From positions 128,001-192,000 of IMG/VR virus record IMGVR_UViG_3300028048_000001: DNA of 64,000 nt; one strand, written 5' to 3'. Made by a program: the position numbers and the translations under genes. Positions 1 through 9,221 of the stretch are shown here, piece by piece. Under the pieces are notes generated by a model. It ran no database searches. It worked only from the letters and a program-made list of their open reading frames with translations, and was not told the origin of the DNA. Numbering within the stretch: position 1 is the first letter of the stretch; every line of letters begins with the position of its first letter. The DNA is from a virus (Duplodnaviria; Caudoviricetes).

Positions 1-18
1 GTTATACTTGGAATTTTT

Positions 19-627
19 ATGCTTATAATAAAATCAAAAATTGAATATTATAAAGCTAAATCAAAAATAATGAATGAAAATATAACAGCAATAGCATCTA
101 ATAAAGAATTTATATCATGTATAATTCAATATATTAGAAAAAATCCTAATATATCAAACATATTAAATTCATATATTCCTTTTGAGATTTTTAGATATAG
201 ATGTTTAGAACAATTAAAAGAAGATTTTAAAAATGATTATAAAAATAATATAGAGTTTTTACCAGATACAACAATAAAAAATCCTGTTGCTTATTTAGAT
301 ATATTTCCATATTTTAAAACATTAGAATTAAAATTAGAAGTATTTACCAAAGCTATAGAATCTTTAAGTATAGAAAAAGAATTATTACAATTATATTCAT
401 ATCATATAGAAAATAACATAAAAGAATTAGAAAAAGAAGAGAATAATATTATTATTTTCAATAAAACTTTTAATGATAATTATGAAAAAAATAATTTACC
501 ATTACACCCAGCAGAAAAAGATAAAAATAATTACGAAGACGTAGAATATCCTGAAGAAATAGATTTTAATAAATTAATATCTATGGAAGTAGTAGAAGAA
601 TTTGATGATAATTTAAAAGAATTTTAA
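19..627 (+). CDS. hypothetical protein, probably starting upstream of the window
   Basis: 202-aa ORF with acidic C-terminus; followed by hairpin at 642-663. Confidence 0.6.
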   Translation: MLIIKSKIEYYKAKSKIMNENITAIASNKEFISCIIQYIRKNPNISNILNSYIPFEIFRYRCLEQLKEDFKNDYKNNIEFLPDTTIKNPVAYLDIFPYFKTLELKLEVFTKAIESLSIEKELLQLYSYHIENNIKELEKEENNIIIFNKTFNDNYEKNNLPLHPAEKDKNNYEDVEYPEEIDFNKLISMEVVEEFDDNLKEF

Positions 628-641
628 TAAAAAATAAAACA

Positions 642-663
642 GGGGTAGACTAATGTCTACCCC
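642..663. terminator. bidirectional intrinsic terminator
   Basis: ggggtagac-taat-gtctacccc between convergent genes, A-rich left flank and T-rich right flank. Confidence 0.8.
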
Positions 664-670
664 CATTCTT

Positions 671-1108
671 TTATTTATTTGTAAGATTTCTACCACAGAA
701 AGGACAATACAAAGCTTCTAACTCTGCTAACTTTATATTGCCCTCACCATCTGCAAAATATGCTGCTAAGATTCCTGTCCATTTTTTATTATTACAAATA
801 GGGCAATCATCCATCTTTTCTAATATAATAGACAGAATCTTATTTCTGCTTTTTATTCTTTTATTAGAAGCAGCATTTTTCAGTAGTCTTTCTGTTTCGT
901 TCTTATCTAATACATAAGACATTAATTTATCTGGATTGTTTAAACAATCACAGCAAATCTCATCTTTCATATTAGGATTATCTTTTATTGCTTTTTCACA
1001 TATAGAGCATCCATAATCTGCTCTATATAAAAAGAGCTCTTCATAAAGTTTATCTTTTTTGATTAGCTCTTCCATATACTTGTAATCTTTTGGAATATAG
1101 CATATCAT
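671..1108 (-). CDS. Cys-rich putative Zn-binding protein
   Basis: four CxxC pairs (CSIC, CCDC, CPIC, CPFC). Confidence 0.65.
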   Translation of the reverse strand: MICYIPKDYKYMEELIKKDKLYEELFLYRADYGCSICEKAIKDNPNMKDEICCDCLNNPDKLMSYVLDKNETERLLKNAASNKRIKSRNKILSIILEKMDDCPICNNKKWTGILAAYFADGEGNIKLAELEALYCPFCGRNLTNK

Positions 1109-1114
1109 ATTATT

Positions 1115-1552
1115 TTACTTTACCCTCTGATCTTCTGCTACTCCGACAAAGACTTTGAATTTGTAGATTTTTCCATCTTTGGTCTCTGTCAGATACTTTG
1201 CAATATCATCCTGTTTAATATTCAAGGTGATATATGCAACCCTGTTTTCTTCTACCAGCCTTTTGATCTCTTCAGGAGTTATTCTGAAGATCACAGGATT
1301 TCCAGGAGCTCCATAGTTTTTCATGCACATCTTTGTGCCGTCCATACACTGAGCTTTGTATCCTGTAGCTTCAAAGGTTCCATCACACCTCTTCTTGCAC
1401 CACTCACAATATCCATCTTCAACACATTCTGCATAAGCGCAGTTAGGCTGAAAATCTTTTCTCTTGGGAGGGGTGGGCTTCTTTACAAAAGTTTCATTAG
1501 TTTCAGTGGTCGTGTTTTCATTGATCATGTTCATGTTCATTTCTTCACTCAT
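1115..1552 (-). CDS. hypothetical Cys-rich protein
   Basis: probable start MSEEMN at 1552 after aaggag RBS; clustered Cys residues. Confidence 0.6.
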   Translation of the reverse strand: MSEEMNMNMINENTTTETNETFVKKPTPPKRKDFQPNCAYAECVEDGYCEWCKKRCDGTFEATGYKAQCMDGTKMCMKNYGAPGNPVIFRITPEEIKRLVEENRVAYITLNIKQDDIAKYLTETKDGKIYKFKVFVGVAEDQRVK

Positions 1553-1608
1553 TGTTTTTCTCCTTTTCAACAATTTTAACAAGTTTCTGAGTTTATATTA
1601 TAACAGGA

Positions 1609-2787
1609 TTATTCCTGATATAACCTTTCGCACCACTCATTGTAGTATGCCCATACTTTATGAGAGTTTTTATTAGTACCTTTTTTATTATGCTTACCAG
1701 TATTGTATGAATAATAAGCATTTTCAGAAATACCATGATTTCCTACACAAATATTCATTTCATCCATTCCAGCCCGAATATTTATGTAATCATCATATTG
1801 CAACTCATCACAGGTTAATCCATGATATTCTGAAATTAATCCTTTCTTTTTCAAATCTTTCCAGTTACATGAATTAACTTGCATAATTCCAAGGTCTCTA
1901 GTACCATTGGAATTATAATTACTTCTTACTCTACCCAAATCACTTTCCTGTTGCATTACACCTAACAGAAAAGCATAATAATGTTCTGGATCTGCTGGAT
2001 AAAATTCTTTGCAAAGATCATATGTATATCTTTGCAAATCCTTACTAAATCCATATTTTTCAGCAAGATAATTTGAATATGGTGTCTTATCTAAATTATC
2101 TTGATATAATTTATATTCTTTTTCTGTGCCAATATAATCAGATTTTATATAATATGATTGATCATCATATAATATTTCTGACCAACCATTTTCATCCTTA
2201 ACAACTCTTACATCAGTACCAGTATTTAATACTGTTATTGATTCTGATTCTTCAGAAGGAGAAGTTCTTACATTTACATTGGTAAAAACTTTTTCAATAG
2301 AAGAATTATATTTCTTATATTCAGTTGTAGTTCCAAGATATTCGGATTTAATATATCCTGGATTTTCATTATATAGAACTTTTATCCAGTCTCCTTCATC
2401 TTGTAAAACATCAACCAATGTATTTTGAGAAATTTCTCCCAATATATTTGAATTTATATCAGGATTTTCTCTTACATTAACATTAGTAAAAGTTAAATTC
2501 TGATATTGAATCTGAGAATTATAATCTGCTTTTGTCTCGTTTAAACTCAGTACTAATGAATCTGTACTTGATGTTTCTACAATAGCAGAAGAATCTGTTG
2601 TTGATGCTTCTGCTATATTTTTATGCATTAATATGATAGCAAATATGATAACAAATGCAACTATTAATCCGAAAGACATATAAAAACCATTACTTTTTAT
2701 TTTTTGAATTGTCTTTCTTCTTTCTTCTCTTTTCATGTTTTTGTTTCTTATTTTCCAAAAATTTTTAGCTCTTTCTTCCCCGTTCAT
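1609..2787 (-). CDS. membrane-anchored SH3b-SH3b-lytic transglycosylase (SLT) cell wall hydrolase
   Basis: N-terminal TM helix, two SH3_3-like repeats (VNVRENP, VNVRTSP), SLT motifs QQES and NSNGTRDLGIMQVN. Confidence 0.85.
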   Translation of the reverse strand: MNGEERAKNFWKIRNKNMKREERRKTIQKIKSNGFYMSFGLIVAFVIIFAIILMHKNIAEASTTDSSAIVETSSTDSLVLSLNETKADYNSQIQYQNLTFTNVNVRENPDINSNILGEISQNTLVDVLQDEGDWIKVLYNENPGYIKSEYLGTTTEYKKYNSSIEKVFTNVNVRTSPSEESESITVLNTGTDVRVVKDENGWSEILYDDQSYYIKSDYIGTEKEYKLYQDNLDKTPYSNYLAEKYGFSKDLQRYTYDLCKEFYPADPEHYYAFLLGVMQQESDLGRVRSNYNSNGTRDLGIMQVNSCNWKDLKKKGLISEYHGLTCDELQYDDYINIRAGMDEMNICVGNHGISENAYYSYNTGKHNKKGTNKNSHKVWAYYNEWCERLYQE

Positions 2788-2990
2788 ACTTCAAAATCAC
2801 TCCTTTCAAAAGTTCCTCCAACAAAAATATTCGTATCAAGATCTTTAATCCTGTAATACGAATTGTTGTCTTCTTTAGTGTGATGAATATAAGCCTTGAT
2901 GTGAAACATTGCTTCGCTTAAAGTTTTAACAGTAGACAAAGGTAACTCATCGTATTTCAAACTAGCAGCATATTTAATTATCTGATACAT
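2784..2990 (-). CDS. hypothetical protein
   Basis: aggagg RBS, downstream of early-type promoter motif, overlaps start of next gene. Confidence 0.6.
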   Translation of the reverse strand: MYQIIKYAASLKYDELPLSTVKTLSEAMFHIKAYIHHTKEDNNSYYRIKDLDTNIFVGGTFERSDFEV

Positions 2991-3022
2991 TTTTCCTCCT
3001 AAATAAAATTATATCAACATAT

Positions 3023-3046
3023 TCATTTTTATAATATCTATTTAAA
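3023..3046 (-). promoter_or_regulatory. putative early promoter, consensus AGATATTATAA-N3-TGA
   Basis: motif recurs upstream of minus-strand genes at about 24986, 25595, 32741, 34295, 38994, 44847, 48696, 59902 and 63437. Confidence 0.6.
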
Positions 3047-3127
3047 AAATATTATAAATAGATATATTTAATTATTACAAAATATTGTACTTTTTTATAA
3101 AAATTAATTTTATTAAGGAGATTAATT

Positions 3128-3931
3128 ATGACAGAATTTAATGGTATTCCTTTTCAATATAATCCTGCTATAACTAATGTAAATATAGATAATCAACTTG
3201 CTGGTATTCTATCTCAACTTGGTGATGATTATATTCTAGATATAGTTAAGGATTCTATAAATGATAGATTTAGAATCTATGATTTACCAAGACCTAATAT
3301 TGTAAATGCATTTGAAATTACATTTAAAGATTTAACTAATGGTTTTACATCAAATACAGATGAAATTTATGATACAAGAAAAAGAGTATATAATACAATT
3401 ATTAATATTATTTGTGATTATTATAATTTTACTTTTAATAGCAATGATGATACAGATTTATATTCTGCAGCATATTGGCTATATGATATATTTGTATCAA
3501 ATTTTACAACATCTCTAATTAATTTTTATACTTTATATTTAATTAGAGAACGTTATCCTATTAATACTGCTCTTGGATTATCTGAAATGAATAAAATTAA
3601 TGAAACTACTTATACTTATTCAAAAAGATTATTCAAAGATCCAAATTTAGCAAGTATTCATTGCAATCTTGAATATGTAATTGATCAGATTAGTAATTTT
3701 GATATTAGTATTGATACTATATTAAATACTATATATAATAATGCGAATAGTAGTGTAGCTTCTTATGTTACAAGTATTATTTCAGATAATACTGGTATGT
3801 TTTTTAAAAAATATTATGAATCATTTATATATGGAAAAGAAGCAGCAGATATCCTTACTCAAATTAAATTAAATTTACAACAATTAGGAAGCGAGATCGA
3901 ACCTTTAGAACCTTTTGCTCTTGGAGAATAA
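3128..3931 (+). CDS. hypothetical protein (late block)
   Basis: 267-aa ORF with aaggag RBS. Confidence 0.75.
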   Translation: MTEFNGIPFQYNPAITNVNIDNQLAGILSQLGDDYILDIVKDSINDRFRIYDLPRPNIVNAFEITFKDLTNGFTSNTDEIYDTRKRVYNTIINIICDYYNFTFNSNDDTDLYSAAYWLYDIFVSNFTTSLINFYTLYLIRERYPINTALGLSEMNKINETTYTYSKRLFKDPNLASIHCNLEYVIDQISNFDISIDTILNTIYNNANSSVASYVTSIISDNTGMFFKKYYESFIYGKEAADILTQIKLNLQQLGSEIEPLEPFALGE

Positions 3932-3939
3932 AAAGAAAA

Positions 3940-4173
3940 ATGGAAAAAGAAGAAGAGACTAATAAAAAACTTAAAATTCATGAAAAAGAAGAAAAATTTA
4001 CTTGCATATTTTGTGCAATGGTATATAGAACAAATGAATATTCTGATAGAGAACCATTTAGAAAATACTACGATAAAATTTGGTCAAAATGTCCAAGATG
4101 TGAATGGATTTCATATAAAGCTGTAGAAAAACCAAAAAATGAAATAGATAATTATAAAGGAGAAGATTATTAA
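3940..4173 (+). CDS. small Zn-ribbon protein
   Basis: CIFC...CPRC; ggag RBS. Confidence 0.6.
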   Translation: MEKEEETNKKLKIHEKEEKFTCIFCAMVYRTNEYSDREPFRKYYDKIWSKCPRCEWISYKAVEKPKNEIDNYKGEDY

Positions 4174-4174
4174 A

Positions 4175-5272
4175 ATGAATAATAATGAATCAAATAATAT
4201 AGTGCCTATTAAAGAAAAAGAAGTTAATCAAGAATCAAAAACTTTAGCTATGGAAACATATAATCCCGCTACGGGAAATATTGTAACTTCTCCAGTTAGT
4301 GATAATGATGTAAAAGCGTTATCTGATTTACATTTTGATAAATTTATTTATAATTCTGAAAATATTTTAGATAATGATGATTTAAAGAAATTATTTCCTG
4401 ATGCTATTGGCGATGATATAGAAGATATTAAAAAAGTTAATGAATTAATTAAAAGAAAAAATAATGGACAAAAAATTACTTATGAAGAACTTCCTAAATT
4501 TTTAAAAAATAGTGTTATAAATATTGTATCTAAATCTTTAGATGATAATACACCATCTTTTGCTTATATGAATAATAAAACCCAATTAAATTATATTGCT
4601 AATTTAGTAATAGGACAATTAGTTGAAGAGTATAATAAAAAGAATACTAATTTTGATATAGATACAATGTTAGCTGGATTTGATGAATCTATAGATAAAT
4701 TACAAATAGAAACTTCAAAAGAATTTGGTGATATACTTATGTCTTTTGATGAAGAAAGAAAAAAAGAAATTAATAATGCAATTGAAAGATGTAAAAGAGA
4801 AGGTAAAGAAGAAGCTGTAGAAAAATTTCAAAAAATTAAAAATGTAATTGATGAAGCTTATAATTTAGATAAATTTTCAGAATTCTGTAAACATGTTAAA
4901 ATTAAAAAATTTGATATTGAAAAACCGAAAAGAATCTTTTTATCTTTTAATACTAAATATATGAATCACACTAATAATATTAACGATATCCAATATTGTC
5001 CTGTTGTATTAGATAGGCATAATATTAGTGATCATAATTCTAATATGAAATTATGTTTAGCATTTTGTAAATATTGTATGAATTATTCTCCTGACAATAT
5101 AGAAGAACATACTTTTATGTATTATTTTATTAAGAATATTATTCTTCTTGATAGAATAAATCCAAAAGGTAAAATATATGATACCTTAGACGAAAGATCA
5201 AAGAATTTTTATGATGGGTTTATTAATAATATTTTAAAATGTATCAATAATATTAATAATAAAACATTATAA
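4175..5272 (+). CDS. hypothetical protein (late block)
   Basis: 365-aa ORF with aaggag RBS. Confidence 0.75.
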   Translation: MNNNESNNIVPIKEKEVNQESKTLAMETYNPATGNIVTSPVSDNDVKALSDLHFDKFIYNSENILDNDDLKKLFPDAIGDDIEDIKKVNELIKRKNNGQKITYEELPKFLKNSVINIVSKSLDDNTPSFAYMNNKTQLNYIANLVIGQLVEEYNKKNTNFDIDTMLAGFDESIDKLQIETSKEFGDILMSFDEERKKEINNAIERCKREGKEEAVEKFQKIKNVIDEAYNLDKFSEFCKHVKIKKFDIEKPKRIFLSFNTKYMNHTNNINDIQYCPVVLDRHNISDHNSNMKLCLAFCKYCMNYSPDNIEEHTFMYYFIKNIILLDRINPKGKIYDTLDERSKNFYDGFINNILKCINNINNKTL

Positions 5273-5281
5273 CATTATAAT

Positions 5282-5500
5282 AATTAAAGATATATTTTTA
5301 CTGCCCAATTCCTTTAATTATATATCTTTGATCTTCTTCGTGCTTTGTGACTCTTGTTGTTGTGTATTCATTATTTCTCCTTACTTTATTATTTTTAACT
5401 TTTATTCTTGATTGTTTCGTGTGTGTTCATGGATAAGGCCTCCTTTCGATCAATGTTCTGGCAAACCCAGTAGGAATCTCCTACTGGGTTCTTATTTTTT
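5282..5500 (+). ncRNA. candidate small RNA with anti-Shine-Dalgarno/anti-start cassettes (alternative: two minus-strand micro-ORFs)
   Basis: AACA-N6-TA motif at 5271, terminator at 5464-5490 with T-run, 10-bp stem 5286-5295/5320-5329, pyrimidine tracts complementary to RBS plus ATG. Confidence 0.45.
5464..5490 (+). terminator. intrinsic terminator
   Basis: aacccagtagga-atc-tcctactgggtt followed by cttattttttt. Confidence 0.8.
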
Positions 5501-5529
5501 TATTAAAACTTTATAATAAATCAAACTAA

Positions 5530-8421
5530 GTGAAAGGTATGGTATGTATAAAAATGCTCTTAGATAGTTCATATACAATCATTCCACAAATTAGGTTTAT
5601 ACTTTCTTTTGATAATGATGTAACAAAAACTGTAACTGTTAAACACGAAGATACCGTCTCTTGTACATATAAGAAGAATGGTGAAAAGTTTTCAATTGTT
5701 GGTGTTGTAACTAAGATTGGATGCAATTTTAATTCTTCTCTTGGAGCAGTAAGCACCACTGCTTATATTCAAATAGATGGTTCTTCTGAATATTCTGGAC
5801 AAGTTATTTACGTTCAGCCAACTCAAATTCTTGATATTAATGTGATATCTTCTAGTGGCACTGTAGAAAATATTGTTTGCTCTGTATCTAATGAAGATCA
5901 GAGAATTACATTAGTTAGAGAAAATGAAGTTGGAGTATTCCAATATAGCCTGGATGGTATTACTTGGAATACTGCTGTTGGATCTCAAGGCATGTCTGCA
6001 TATGAATGTGCAGTTGCTTTAGGTTTTGAAGGAACAGAAGCTGAATGGTTAACTAGTCTCATTGGTCCTAAAGGTGATACTGGAGAAGCTGGAGCTCTTG
6101 AAATTTATAGAGTATTCCATTCTATCAGAGAAGCTGAAAGAGATAGATGCGAAGTTCCAAAAGGAAAACTCGTAGCTATCGTATTAGAAGAGGATACATA
6201 TCTCTTTGTAAGAAAAGATGAAGATGATAAATCTAGTCACTGTGGGTGTGGTTGCTTCATTGATGAAGATGGAAAAACTGATCCTATTAATGTAAAAGGA
6301 TATGATTACCTCGGGTCTCTTACTGTTGGACCAGAAGGACCGGAAGGTAAACCTGGTAAATCTGCATATGAATATGCTGTTGAAGGGGGATATCCTGGAA
6401 CAGAAGAGGAATTTATTCAGACACTTGGTAAATCTGCTGTAGCTGTTACTAGTTTCTATATGGGCAAAGATCCTACATTAAGAGAGACCGTTATTGGTCC
6501 TATTGATATGAAGGTCTTTGGATATACAGATAAAGAGACTTTTAAGAGTACAGAATTATCTAGAATAGATATTTATTCTAAGATAAGAGATATTAATCAA
6601 ACTTTATTATTACCAGAAACTATTATTCTTAGAGCTGTTCCAACTAAGAATACTGCTGCTAAACCCAATTTAATTATAGATGATCAGATGTATGTTGCTG
6701 ACCATATTACAAGCTATAATGGAAAAATTGGTGTTCTTAGAAGAGTAAAATATATTGAATCATATAGTGGAGAAACTATCATTTCGGATTGGATTTCTTC
6801 TACTGGTGAATTAGATTATGGTGCTGAAATTCAATATGTTATTGATGGAGAATTTCAAGAATTCACCCCAGAAGTTCAAACTCAATATAGGAAACTTCAT
6901 ACATATGATGATATAACTACTATTGAAACTACAGAATCTACTTATATTTCAATAGTATATCCTATTGATATTACTAAATTTGTACATACATATGTAACCA
7001 CATATATTGAAGAACACAAAGAAGAAATTATAGCTCCTATTGTAAGAGAAATTATTGATCTTCCTGATGGAGAAACATTATCTACATTTGTTGATAAAAA
7101 AATTAAAGATGTAACAGGAGATCTTCCTGATGGTTATGATTCTGTTACAGATTATATTAATGATAAAATTGGACCTCTTCCAGATGGTGTTGATTCTATT
7201 GTAGATTTATTGGATAAAACAGTAGGAGAACTTCCTGATGGAATAGATTCTGTAGTTGATTATATTAAAGATATAGTAGGCGAATTACCAGATGGTGTCG
7301 ATTCTATTGTAGATTTTATCAATGATATAAAAGATACTATAGGTGAAATTCCAGATGGCTATGATTCTGTAATAGACTATATTAAAGACACTGTTGGAGA
7401 AGTTCCTGAAGAGTATGAAACTCTATCTGAATATATCACTGCTGTTAAAACTAAAGTAGGAGATATTCCTGATGAATATGAAACAGTAGCTGAGTATTTG
7501 GAAGCTATCAATGATAAAATTGGACCTCTTCCAGATGGTGTTGATTCTATTGTAGATTTTATCAATGATGAAATCGGTGAAATTCCAGAAGAATATGATT
7601 CTGTAATTGATTATCTTGATGATGTTAAAGCATCTATTGGACCAATTCCAGATGGATATAATTCTTTAGCTGAATATATTGATGATGTTATTGGTGAATT
7701 ACCAGATGAGTACAATTCTATTACTGAGTATATTAATGCACTTAAAAACGAAATCGGTGAATTACCAGATGAATATGATTCTGTAGTAGAATATTTAGCT
7801 GATCTTAAATCTAAAATTGGTGAAATACCGAATGAGTACGATTCTGTTGCAGATTACATTAAACATCTTGTTGGTGAAATTCCAGATGAATATGATTCTG
7901 TTGCAGATTATTTAGCTAGTCTTAAATCTAAAATTGGTGAAATTCCTAGTGAATATGATTCATTAGCCGATTACGTAAGTAATAATACAGAATTTCAAGA
8001 ACCATTTACTACAACAGTTTCTGTAGGAGCTGTTCCTGCTGGTACATATATTGATTCTATGGGAAAATTGATTGATCTTGTTAAAGAATCTGTCGATCCT
8101 ACTGTAGAAGAAGATAACACTATTATTTATGTAGGTGTAGTAAATGATGTACCACTTACGAATTTTGATGGATTAGAAGAAGTAACCATTAAAACTGCTA
8201 CTATAAAGTATGATAAGTTTATCAATTCTTATAGTTCTAATGATCAGCATCTTATTTATGCTGCACCGAAGACTCTTGGTGAACTTATTGCTATTAAAGA
8301 TGCTAGTACATTAAATTGTTTAAATATTTGGTCTTGTACAGAATATAATGGTTATTATATTTATTACACCAATGAACCTCTTACGCTTGAAGATTACGAA
8401 CTTATATTTTACTACAGATAA
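5530..8421 (+). CDS. virion structural/fibre-like protein with collagen-like G-X-Y segments and acidic repeats
   Basis: two G(K/M)SAYE.AV..G..GTE.E motifs next to short G-X-Y runs; about 16 GE(L/I)PD.YDS..DY repeats; true start may be 5539 or 5554. Confidence 0.7.
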   Translation: MKGMVCIKMLLDSSYTIIPQIRFILSFDNDVTKTVTVKHEDTVSCTYKKNGEKFSIVGVVTKIGCNFNSSLGAVSTTAYIQIDGSSEYSGQVIYVQPTQILDINVISSSGTVENIVCSVSNEDQRITLVRENEVGVFQYSLDGITWNTAVGSQGMSAYECAVALGFEGTEAEWLTSLIGPKGDTGEAGALEIYRVFHSIREAERDRCEVPKGKLVAIVLEEDTYLFVRKDEDDKSSHCGCGCFIDEDGKTDPINVKGYDYLGSLTVGPEGPEGKPGKSAYEYAVEGGYPGTEEEFIQTLGKSAVAVTSFYMGKDPTLRETVIGPIDMKVFGYTDKETFKSTELSRIDIYSKIRDINQTLLLPETIILRAVPTKNTAAKPNLIIDDQMYVADHITSYNGKIGVLRRVKYIESYSGETIISDWISSTGELDYGAEIQYVIDGEFQEFTPEVQTQYRKLHTYDDITTIETTESTYISIVYPIDITKFVHTYVTTYIEEHKEEIIAPIVREIIDLPDGETLSTFVDKKIKDVTGDLPDGYDSVTDYINDKIGPLPDGVDSIVDLLDKTVGELPDGIDSVVDYIKDIVGELPDGVDSIVDFINDIKDTIGEIPDGYDSVIDYIKDTVGEVPEEYETLSEYITAVKTKVGDIPDEYETVAEYLEAINDKIGPLPDGVDSIVDFINDEIGEIPEEYDSVIDYLDDVKASIGPIPDGYNSLAEYIDDVIGELPDEYNSITEYINALKNEIGELPDEYDSVVEYLADLKSKIGEIPNEYDSVADYIKHLVGEIPDEYDSVADYLASLKSKIGEIPSEYDSLADYVSNNTEFQEPFTTTVSVGAVPAGTYIDSMGKLIDLVKESVDPTVEEDNTIIYVGVVNDVPLTNFDGLEEVTIKTATIKYDKFINSYSSNDQHLIYAAPKTLGELIAIKDASTLNCLNIWSCTEYNGYYIYYTNEPLTLEDYELIFYYR
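7057..7980 (+). repeat. about 16 tandem coding repeats of 18 or 22 aa
   Basis: e.g. IGELPDEYDSVVEYL; aatgataaaattggacctcttccagatggtgttgattctattgtagattt occurs twice. Confidence 0.85.
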
Positions 8422-8436
8422 TAGGGGGACTTATCT

Positions 8437-9180
8437 ATGATTACTGCTATTCAAGGTTTTGAATTAAAAACTAGAGAAGCCATAGATAATCGTCTTGTAT
8501 TATCTAAGGTAGAAATGCTTAATATTAATGATAACCATATGCCAGAAAAATATTTTGCAGTATGTAAAGACGATGGTTATCTTTATATTTACAATAAGAA
8601 TTCTGCTCTTATAACTTCTGAGACTGGTAAATTTAAGAAATATTCTTATTGTAAAATTGAATCTATTAGTATAAATGGTATAAATCTTCCTATTGATGAT
8701 AGTCTTAACGTTGAAATTCCTATTGCAACAAAAAATGAATTTGGCGTTTCTATGGCTGGATATGGAATCGTATCTGATAATGGTGTTTATAATATCGATT
8801 TTAATGCTATTGATGACGATTCTATTCCGATTGAGAAAGTTCAATGGGAAAATGCTATTATAGTACGTGGATACTATTATAATGGTGAATTCTATCAAGA
8901 TATTGAGCATAAAATAAAATATGTTCCTTATGAATATAAGATTTATATCAATATAGATACATCTAGTATTTATGTATGGAATGGTGAAAACTATATATCA
9001 GCTGAATCCAATGTGCCATATGGATCTGATACTGTACCTGGAATTATTAAATTATATCAATCTACTGGTAATAATACTGATGGTTCTATTTCTCAGAAAA
9101 CAGCTACAGAAGAACTTAATAAAAGATTTAAAGTAACTGCAAATGAAGAGGAAGAAACCATTAGTTTATTTAACAATTAA
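8437..9180 (+). CDS. putative tail fibre-associated protein
   Basis: GIIKLYQSTGNNTDGSISQK fibre-type motif; located in the late block. Confidence 0.6.
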   Translation: MITAIQGFELKTREAIDNRLVLSKVEMLNINDNHMPEKYFAVCKDDGYLYIYNKNSALITSETGKFKKYSYCKIESISINGINLPIDDSLNVEIPIATKNEFGVSMAGYGIVSDNGVYNIDFNAIDDDSIPIEKVQWENAIIVRGYYYNGEFYQDIEHKIKYVPYEYKIYINIDTSSIYVWNGENYISAESNVPYGSDTVPGIIKLYQSTGNNTDGSISQKTATEELNKRFKVTANEEEETISLFNN

Positions 9181-9221
9181 ATAAATCTATAAATTAAATT
9201 CTCAAAAAGGAGATAAATATT

